A stretch of 64,000 nucleotides of DNA, from positions 4,320 through 68,319 of IMG/VR virus record IMGVR_UViG_3300010396_000001, one strand, 5' to 3'. Within the stretch, counting starts at the first letter, position 1. Every line of letters begins with the position of its first letter. The stretch comes from a virus. Taxonomy: Duplodnaviria > Heunggongvirae > Uroviricota > Caudoviricetes. The notes under the pieces were generated by a model that saw only the letters and a list, made by a program, of their open reading frames with translations, had not been told where the DNA came from and ran no database searches. This document shows positions 8,102-14,767 of this stretch, one piece after another. The position numbers and the translations under genes were made by a program.

Positions 8102-8692
8102 ATGACTGCCGTCGCTGAGTCGCTCCTGGACCGGGAGATCTCCAGTACCGCCCAGCAGCGGGCTGAGGGTGACCAGCGTACCGACCGGCGCAGGCTGGGC
8201 GCCTTCCTGACGATCATCGCCCGGCACGCCGCGGATGCCGCGGACTTCGCCCTGCTGGCGGACGCAGTCATCCCCGAGCAGTTCCGGCAGTCGGCTGACG
8301 GCCTGGCCGCGCTGTACCAGCGCCTGCTCGATGCCGATCATGAGCCGGATCCGGGCGAGATCCTGGCGCAGGCCTGGGAGGAGCTGCTGCCCGGCCTGCA
8401 GCACAAGGAAGATCTCTTCCAGCGGGCCCGGATCACCCTGGCCAGTCTCGCTGCTGATCTCCGGGAGTGCTACCGCGAGGCGCTCGCCGCGGCGGCCACG
8501 GCCTATGTCGAGGCCGGGGGCCTGCTGTCTGCCAACACCCTGGTGCCGCTGACTCCCGAGCAGTTCCCTGAGCTGCCTGGCGCTGTCATCCAGCACCTGA
8601 AGTGGCGCCTGGAGGGCGAGGGCTACGAGCCGTCGGTGATCCCCTCGCGCAAGCGCTCCAAGGTCCGGATCTACCGGCTGCGCCAGGACTAG
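8102..8692 (+). CDS. Hypothetical protein
   Basis: 196-aa helical ORF. Confidence 0.65.
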   Translation: MTAVAESLLDREISSTAQQRAEGDQRTDRRRLGAFLTIIARHAADAADFALLADAVIPEQFRQSADGLAALYQRLLDADHEPDPGEILAQAWEELLPGLQHKEDLFQRARITLASLAADLRECYREALAAAATAYVEAGGLLSANTLVPLTPEQFPELPGAVIQHLKWRLEGEGYEPSVIPSRKRSKVRIYRLRQD

Positions 8693-8701
8693 GCTGCCAC
8701 C

Positions 8702-8959
8702 GTGCCCGAGATAATCACCAGCTGCCCCTGCCGTCGGCCGCATGAGATGAGCCCCGCCACCTGGTCGGCCTTCCGGCGCGTGACCAGGGGACTGCCGGAG
8801 ACCGTGGTCATCGAGGTGAATCGCAGGTCCTGGAAGGTGCCCCGGATCTATATCGCGCTGCACTCCGTGCACGGCGGCGACCTGCCGGAGCTGGCCGGGC
8901 GCTACGGCTGGGAGGAGCTGGATCCCGGCGAGGCGCAGCCGGACGGCCTGTCCCTGTAG
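8702..8959 (+). CDS. Hypothetical protein (probably leaderless)
   Basis: TAGGCT 6 nt before GTG; CPC motif. Confidence 0.6.
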   Translation: MPEIITSCPCRRPHEMSPATWSAFRRVTRGLPETVVIEVNRRSWKVPRIYIALHSVHGGDLPELAGRYGWEELDPGEAQPDGLSL

Positions 8960-8974
8960 CTGCCATCTTCCTGG

Positions 8975-9024
8975 CAATGTTTATTGCAGCTTTGTTTGCA
9001 TCCTGGCGGGAAACCTGACAGGAT
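8975..9024 (+). promoter_or_regulatory. Operator plus promoter cassette, copy 1
   Basis: CAA-N6-TTG followed by TTGCAT-17-CAGGAT with an ATCCTG/CAGGAT inverted repeat. Confidence 0.6.
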
Positions 9025-9079
9025 GAAAGCAACCGGCCAGCATCAGGCGGCCGGCAGCAGCTCCCGGAAGGGGCACGAA

Positions 9080-9841
9080 ATGATCAGGAAGATCTCCGCA
9101 GTCATCGCCGCGGTGGTTGCCACCGTCGGGATCGGCGGCGCCGCCCTGGCCAGCACGGCCAGCACGGCCACCTCGCCGACGGTCTTCAGCGGCTGTGTCA
9201 ACACCAGGACCGGCCGCGTGCTCGACAACGTCTTCACCAGCCCCGCCAACTTCAGGCGCTGCCCGTCCGGCAGCTTCGAGGTGACCTGGAACCAGCGGGG
9301 GCTGAAGGGCGCCACCGGAGCGACCGGGGCCACGGGCCCGGCAGGCCCCGCCGGGGCGCCTGGCGCCACGGGTGCCAAGGGCGACACCGGCTCGCAGGGT
9401 CCCTCGGGCGTGGTCTCCACTGGCACTACCGACCTGGGCGGCGTTGCCTCGGTCCCGACCGGGGGCAGCTTCGTCACCAATGCCACCGATGTCGGCGAGA
9501 TCACGCTGGACGCGGGCACCTACCTGCTGAACGTGGACGCCAAGGCTACCCCGCCCTCTGGCGGCACCGGCGCTGTCGAGGAGTTCCCGCAGTTCTTCGT
9601 CTACAACGGTACGCCACTCGCCGACTTCTCCAACGACCTGTTCAACGTCGGCTCCGGCGCGCTGGAAAATGGCGCCAACGCCAACATCGACAGCTACTTC
9701 AGCGGCTCGGGCGAGATCACGCTGAACAGCTTGACCACGCTGCACTTCTACGCCTTCGGCTACAACAGCGACCGGAGCGCGGGCAGCTACGTCCTGGACG
9801 ACCTGTCGGTCACGGCCACCCGGCTCAACCCGGCCAGCTAG
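9080..9841 (+). CDS. Secreted collagen-like (G-X-Y repeat) protein
   Basis: Signal peptide MIRKISAVIAAVVATVGIGGAALA; about 12 GXY triplets; C-terminal beta-rich domain. Confidence 0.8.
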   Translation: MIRKISAVIAAVVATVGIGGAALASTASTATSPTVFSGCVNTRTGRVLDNVFTSPANFRRCPSGSFEVTWNQRGLKGATGATGATGPAGPAGAPGATGAKGDTGSQGPSGVVSTGTTDLGGVASVPTGGSFVTNATDVGEITLDAGTYLLNVDAKATPPSGGTGAVEEFPQFFVYNGTPLADFSNDLFNVGSGALENGANANIDSYFSGSGEITLNSLTTLHFYAFGYNSDRSAGSYVLDDLSVTATRLNPAS

Positions 9842-9852
9842 CCACCACGAGA

Positions 9853-9901
9853 CAATCTTTATTGCATTCGGCTTGCATCCTGGCGGGGAACCTGCCAGGA
9901 T
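9853..9901 (+). promoter_or_regulatory. Operator plus promoter cassette, copy 2
   Basis: CAA-N6-TTG followed by TTGCAT-17-CAGGAT with an ATCCTGGC/GCCAGGAT inverted repeat. Confidence 0.6.
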
Positions 9902-10015
9902 GCTGCCTGCACCGCGGAGCAGAGAATGCACCCGGCAGCCACGGAGGGGGTAAGCACCAGCGCGCCAGGGGCGCGCATGATCCGCCACATGAACTCTTTC
10001 TCGGAGGAAATGCAC

Positions 10016-10882
10016 ATGCGCAAGGCAATCTTCACGCGGCTCGCGGCCCCCGTGGCCGCCGTCGTCGCCGTGCTGGGCTTCGGGCTGGCCTCGGCCAGCG
10101 CCGCGGGCGCGGCCACCGTCGCCGTCCCGAACGCCGTCAGCCACGACACTGCTGGCCTGGCCGGCCAGTACAAGAACAACGTGGCCAGCGGATGGCGCTA
10201 CCGCGACGTCAAGACGACCTTCACGGTTACCGCCAACATGGAGCAGCTCGGTAACACGGGCTCCGGGCCGACCGCTGAGTTCGGTGGCGCGGGCGTCCGA
10301 CTGTGCGACGCGAACAGCGACAACGGCCAGGGCTTCGGCCTGGATAACGGCGTCATCTGGAATGCCCCTCTGAGCGAGTTCCAGGCCGCGGTGGGCTTCG
10401 GCGATGGCGTGGACGCTACCAGCACCGACCCCGACCCGTGCGTGAGCACGGGTGCGTTCTCAGCCCCGCATGTTTACCCTGGCAGCGTCAACGCGGCCGG
10501 TGTTTCCATCGGGGACAGCATCACCGTGGAGACCTACTACAACCCGAAGACCCACTGGGTGACCTTCACCGTGACCGACAACACCACGGGCTTCACCTCC
10601 AACCTGCACTGCTTCGCCGGCTACCAGAACTTCTACGAGGCGGGCGTCGGCGTGCTGGATCTGAACGCGAACGCCCTGGTAGGACCGGCGATCAACCCGA
10701 TCACGGCCTTCACCGGCTCGCGGGCGACCAACTACGGCGCGAAGTCCGCCGCGACCTCCCTGCTGTCCGACGGCCCGGCTCCGGGCGCGGTCACGGCCCT
10801 GAACGGCTCCAACGTCCCGGTGGTCGTGCCCGGTCCCCTGACCGGCGGATCCGCGTTCTCGATCACGGCCGGCATCAGCTAA
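10016..10882 (+). CDS. Secreted beta-sandwich protein, peptidase G1/A4-like fold
   Basis: Signal peptide; GGAGG RBS; YRDVKTTFTV, GDSITVETYY and TFTVTDNTTG resemble G1-family strands. Confidence 0.6.
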   Translation: MRKAIFTRLAAPVAAVVAVLGFGLASASAAGAATVAVPNAVSHDTAGLAGQYKNNVASGWRYRDVKTTFTVTANMEQLGNTGSGPTAEFGGAGVRLCDANSDNGQGFGLDNGVIWNAPLSEFQAAVGFGDGVDATSTDPDPCVSTGAFSAPHVYPGSVNAAGVSIGDSITVETYYNPKTHWVTFTVTDNTTGFTSNLHCFAGYQNFYEAGVGVLDLNANALVGPAINPITAFTGSRATNYGAKSAATSLLSDGPAPGAVTALNGSNVPVVVPGPLTGGSAFSITAGIS

Positions 10883-10894
10883 CCCGTCAGCCGG

Positions 10895-11052
10895 CGCTTC
10901 CCGGCCTGCCTGTCTCCCGGGAAGCGTCACCAGCCGGGGCCAGGCGAGCATGTTGCCCCCGTGCATGCTGATGGATCACCCCCCCGATCCTGCGTGGCCC
11001 CTTCAGCGGAGCCCGCTCCTGCCGGTGAAAGCCCGGTTCGGAGCGGGCTCCG
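10895..11052 (+). ncRNA. Candidate 6C-like structured RNA
   Basis: Adjacent hairpins with C5 and C7 loops inside GGGGCCA/TGGCCCC, flanked by 10-bp and 13-bp stems. Confidence 0.5.
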
Positions 11053-11101
11053 TCCATTTACCGGGAAGACGGCATGCCATTCTCCTGGTAATGTTCATTG
11101 C

Positions 11102-11419
11102 ATGCAGGAATCACTGATCGACCCGGCTACCGGTAAGCCCCGGCTGCTGGCCGAGATGTGCTCCACCTGCGTGTTCCGGCCCGGCAACCTCATGCGGCTG
11201 CGACCGGGCCGCCTGAAGGACCTGATCAGGCAGAACACCGGCCCCGAGGCCCAGGGCCTGCACTGCCACCAGACCACCTACGGCCAGAACCCGGAGACGG
11301 GACTGGCCCTGTGCCGGGGCTTCTACGACCGCTTCGGCCAGCTGGCCAACTTCATCCGCGTCTGCGAGCGGATCGGCGGCTTCACCGAGGTCGTCCCGCC
11401 GGAGGAACATGATGCCTGA
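11102..11419 (+). CDS. Cys/His metal-binding hypothetical protein (leaderless)
   Basis: CSTC...CHQ...CRG; TAATGT 7 nt before ATG. Confidence 0.7.
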   Translation: MQESLIDPATGKPRLLAEMCSTCVFRPGNLMRLRPGRLKDLIRQNTGPEAQGLHCHQTTYGQNPETGLALCRGFYDRFGQLANFIRVCERIGGFTEVVPPEEHDA

Positions 11420-11609
11420 GCCCATGATGATGATGGAATTCCGGCCCGCCGCACCCGCCGGCACCACGCCGATGACCGAGCACCTGTGCCCCCGGTTCGG
11501 CGTCCGGTACCTGCATCCAGACAGCCCGGACGAGATCCCGATCTGCGGCCACGTGTCCCCGTCCGTGGCCATCGAGCTGGCCCGCCGCCGCGAGGAAGGC
11601 ACGTCATGA
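11409..11609 (+). CDS. Hypothetical protein
   Basis: Coupled small ORF. Confidence 0.5.
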   Translation: MMPEPMMMMEFRPAAPAGTTPMTEHLCPRFGVRYLHPDSPDEIPICGHVSPSVAIELARRREEGTS

Positions 11610-11743
11610 GGATCACCCGCCGCGAGAGGCTGCGCCGTCACTGGTGCGCTCTGCGCCGCCGCTGCTTCGAGTGTGACCTGCGCCGGCCGTTCCACCGGCT
11701 GGACTGCTCGCGCATGTTCTTCGGGGATGACGGCCTTGACTGA
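11606..11743 (+). CDS. Small Cys/Arg-rich protein
   Basis: ATGA overlap; CFEC...H..DC motif. Confidence 0.5.
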   Translation: MRITRRERLRRHWCALRRRCFECDLRRPFHRLDCSRMFFGDDGLD

Positions 11744-12560
11744 CAGCACGGGCCTCGGCGACCGCATGAAACGCTACGAGGCCTCGACGAGGTTCCGGCT
11801 GCCCCGACGTACCTACACGGTCATCCGGGTAGACGGGCGTGCCTTCCACACGCTGCTGCGGGATGCCGACAAGCCCTTTGACTATCCCTTCATGCGCATG
11901 ATGGAGCACACGGCACGGGAACTGTGCGCGGAAATTCCCGGAGCTGTATTCGCTTACGCCCAGTCCGACGAGATTTCTGTCCTGGTGCATGACTTCTCGT
12001 CCATTCACGCCGAGCCGTGGTTCGGCGGGAACGTCCAGAAAATATCCTCGGTCAGTGCCTCTGTTGCCACGATCCATTTCGCGAGAGCTGTTCTTCCCGG
12101 GACGTCCTGGGGCCACCGTGCCGCCACTTTCGACGGCCGGGCGTTCACGATCCCGGACCCGGTCGAGATCGGCAATTACTTCATCTGGCGCCAGCGTGAC
12201 GCCGCGCGCAACTCGGTGATGATGGCAGCTCAGGCTCGCTTTTCCCACGCCGAGCTGCAGGGCCTTAACAGCGGCCAGCTCCAGGAAAAGCTGTATGCCG
12301 AGGCCGGGATCAACTGGAACAATTACCCGGCACAGGCCCGCCGCGGCAGCCTCACGGTCAGCCAGGAGTACCGGGTGTCTCACGATGATCCTCCGGTCGC
12401 GCCGCACATGGCCGGGGACTGCCTGCACCCGCGGACCTGCGTGCGCCACCGGTGGAGCACGCAGGCGGCGCCGGCCTTCGCGATCGAGCCCGGCAACGTC
12501 CTGGCCACGCTGGTCCCGCCCCTGCCGGTGATGCCGGCCCCAGCCGCAGAGGAGAGCTGA
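11727..12560 (+). CDS. thg1: tRNA-His guanylyltransferase Thg1-like protein (3'-5' polymerase)
   Basis: IRVDGRAFH, YAQSDEIS, FDGRAF and YFIWRQRDAARNS motifs; start could alternatively be 11736 or 11766. Confidence 0.92.
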   Translation: MTALTDSTGLGDRMKRYEASTRFRLPRRTYTVIRVDGRAFHTLLRDADKPFDYPFMRMMEHTARELCAEIPGAVFAYAQSDEISVLVHDFSSIHAEPWFGGNVQKISSVSASVATIHFARAVLPGTSWGHRAATFDGRAFTIPDPVEIGNYFIWRQRDAARNSVMMAAQARFSHAELQGLNSGQLQEKLYAEAGINWNNYPAQARRGSLTVSQEYRVSHDDPPVAPHMAGDCLHPRTCVRHRWSTQAAPAFAIEPGNVLATLVPPLPVMPAPAAEES

Positions 12561-12910
12561 TGATCCCCGTCGCCGCCGGAGTGTATGCCGAGCTGTTCGA
12601 CCTGACGCCGCTGCCCGGCGGCGGGTTCCGGGTCAAAGAGACCGAGACCCACTGGATCGACATTGTCCCGATGATCTTCAGCTGGCGGATGGTCACCGTG
12701 CCGAAGAACGACCCGCTGACGCGCGAGCGCAGCTGGTGCTACTTCGGGAGGGAGGCCCAGAACTTCATCGCCGCCGTGCTGGCCGCCCAGGCCTGGGACG
12801 GCACCGATGGCACGCGCCCGGAGGGCTGGGACAAGGACCTGCAGACCGGGGAGTACAGCCGCCGGAGCGGCCTAGGTAAGGAACCAGTTCACGACCCGGC
12901 CGCCGGATGA
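12560..12910 (+). CDS. Hypothetical protein
   Basis: TGATG coupling; WCY and AWDG motifs. Confidence 0.65.
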   Translation: MIPVAAGVYAELFDLTPLPGGGFRVKETETHWIDIVPMIFSWRMVTVPKNDPLTRERSWCYFGREAQNFIAAVLAAQAWDGTDGTRPEGWDKDLQTGEYSRRSGLGKEPVHDPAAG

Positions 12911-13210
12911 CAGCGTGCTGTGGGTCGGGACCGCCGCGGTGACCGGCACGTTCGGCAGCGGGATGGCCGGCTGGCCGGACGGGGTCACCGTGATGTCCAC
13001 GACCTGAGGCGTGCCCATGTAGAAGTTCACGGCGCCATTCGGCGTGGTGAACGGGTTGCTCAGCGTCGCCGAGCCAGTCGGGCCCTGGTACAGCGCTCCC
13101 GGCACGGCCGCAGCCCTGCCCGGCACGTTGACCGTCACGCTGGCGCTGGCCAGGGTGGTCTTGCCCGGCATCTTCGCGGCATCCAGCACGACCCGCACCC
13201 TGCTGCTCAT
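12872..13210 (-). CDS. Stand-alone paralog of the tail-fibre N-terminal domain
   Basis: LSNPFTTPNGAVNFYM matches LTNPFTTPDGNVSFYL in 51035..52012. Confidence 0.65.
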   Translation of the reverse strand: MSSRVRVVLDAAKMPGKTTLASASVTVNVPGRAAAVPGALYQGPTGSATLSNPFTTPNGAVNFYMGTPQVVDITVTPSGQPAIPLPNVPVTAAVPTHSTLSSGGRVVNWFLT

Positions 13211-13291
13211 GTCGCTTCCGGGCGCTAGGATCCTGACCGGAGCCGGCAGCTGACGGCCCCTGGCCCGCCGGCCGGAACACCCGGCGGAAAC

Positions 13292-13347
13292 GGACAGTCC
13301 CGGTGGGCTTCCCCGCGAGGGGAATCAGGGTTCGATCCCCGTTGTCC
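13292..13347 (+). ncRNA. Mini tRNA-like element
   Basis: GGACA/TGTCC closing stem, GTCC-CGGT-GGGC arm, TTCCCC-GCGA-GGGGAA arm, GGG-TTCGATC-CCC T-like arm. Confidence 0.4.
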
Positions 13348-13351
13348 TGCC

Positions 13352-13460
13352 GGAGCGCGAGGGTAAGCCGGGAAGCGGCCGATACCGGTGGCAGCTGGCA
13401 CTGCCCCGGCCCCGTGCCAGCGGGGGCGGACGGAGGTTCAAATCCTCCTCCTCGCGCTCC
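13352..13460 (+). ncRNA. tRNA-like RNA with an extended acceptor stem and complementary loops
   Basis: 12-bp terminal stem, D-like arm, two central hairpins, canonical GGAGG-TTCAAAT-CCTCC T arm. Confidence 0.65.
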
Positions 13461-13471
13461 CCGGAAGCAGC

Positions 13472-13825
13472 GTGACCGCGATCATCCCGCCGGACAACCG
13501 GGCCGCCGGCCAGACCGGGCACCTCGGTGATCACAACAACATCTCCGACGTGCTCACCGCCATGGCCTCGATCCTGGCTGCCTACCCGTCGCTGGCGATG
13601 GGGACCGCCAACCTCGCGGGCGGCACCGTCACCGTCCCGAGCGGCATCGTGACGGCCTCCTCGGTGATCTTCCACGCCCGCCAGTCACCGGGCGGCACGC
13701 TCGGCCAGCTGTCGGTTACCGCGATCATTCCCGGCGTCTCCTTCACCATCACCTCGACCTCGGGAAGCGAGACTTCCCAGGTCGGCTATCTCATCGCCAC
13801 CGGCGCGCCGCCTGCCATTCCCTGA
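13472..13825 (+). CDS. Putative virion protein
   Basis: Gly/Ser/Thr-rich beta protein at the start of the structural gene run. Confidence 0.6.
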   Translation: MTAIIPPDNRAAGQTGHLGDHNNISDVLTAMASILAAYPSLAMGTANLAGGTVTVPSGIVTASSVIFHARQSPGGTLGQLSVTAIIPGVSFTITSTSGSETSQVGYLIATGAPPAIP

Positions 13826-13850
13826 CGCTCGGAAGATGCAGGAGGCTTAC

Positions 13851-14375
13851 ATGACTGCTGTGACCGAAGAGCGCTCGCGATACGTCCCGGTGATGTGCCG
13901 GAACAAGATGGCCGGGCCCACCGTGATCGCCTCGGATCCCAAGAGCACCCACGAGGTGATCTTCTCCGGGGCCGGGGCGCCCGACGGCGGCGATGTCCAG
14001 CCGATCCCGGACGAGCTGATCCGCGTGCCGGCGTTCTCGCGGGCGATCTCCCTCGGCATCCTGGAGGTCATCCAGGGCTCCGACAACGAGGCGGTCCGGG
14101 CCGCGCTCCAGGTTCAGTCCGATGCCTTCTGGAAGCGCTCGCAGCAGGACAACGAGACTGCCCTGGCCAGCCTCGACGCGCCTGCCGACAATGACCTGAT
14201 CGCCGTGGCCTGCATCGGGCCGGGCACGCGGCCCGGCACCCGGTGCGAGGACACCATCCCGGTCCGGGCCCGCGAGCAGGACGCCCAGCCGCCGCTGTGC
14301 AGCCGTCACCAGTCCCTGGCCTCCCGGTGCCTGCGCCGGGGCACCGGCCCGTGGGAGCTGGAGGAGCTGGGATGA
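13851..14375 (+). CDS. Hypothetical protein with a C-terminal C3H-type motif
   Basis: GGAGG RBS; C..C...CSRH. Confidence 0.65.
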   Translation: MTAVTEERSRYVPVMCRNKMAGPTVIASDPKSTHEVIFSGAGAPDGGDVQPIPDELIRVPAFSRAISLGILEVIQGSDNEAVRAALQVQSDAFWKRSQQDNETALASLDAPADNDLIAVACIGPGTRPGTRCEDTIPVRAREQDAQPPLCSRHQSLASRCLRRGTGPWELEELG

Positions 14376-14767
14376 CCTGGGCGCCGGGCCGCCCGGACCC
14401 GGCGGCCATGATCGACAACTACGACACCTCGGAGACGGCAGGCCCGGATGCGCGCTTCGGCCACGTCGAGCAGGTGTCAGCCGTCTTTGACGTTGCCCGG
14501 GCCGTGGACCTGGCGCGATCGGCGCAGGAGCTGGCCGGGGCCCGCCAGCTCCCGGACATGAGCCACCCGGCTGTCCGGCCGCTGCTGCCGGACGCCGACC
14601 GTCACCGCCGGGAAGCGCTGATAGCCGCTCAGCGGGCCCAGGCGCAGCTGCGGGCCCGCGGGCTGGCGGTGGACCCGCAAAGCGGCCAGGTGCAGCGCCT
14701 GGCGCCGCCCGCGGCCCCTCCGGCAGCGGGCACGGGCACGATGCTGGCAGTGGATGAGGAGCCATGA
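14372..14767 (+). CDS. Hypothetical protein
   Basis: ATGA overlaps on both sides. Confidence 0.6.
   Translation: MTWAPGRPDPAAMIDNYDTSETAGPDARFGHVEQVSAVFDVARAVDLARSAQELAGARQLPDMSHPAVRPLLPDADRHRREALIAAQRAQAQLRARGLAVDPQSGQVQRLAPPAAPPAAGTGTMLAVDEEP

Noticed and set aside
11020-11040. Cobalamin riboswitch suggested by GGTGAAAG
   Set aside because: No B12 box or other conserved elements, and no relevant downstream gene.
13265-13460. tmRNA or Y RNA (YrlA)
   Set aside because: Too short and lacking a tag frame for tmRNA; arm order is the normal D-then-T rather than permuted, and no Ro60/TROVE gene is in the window.
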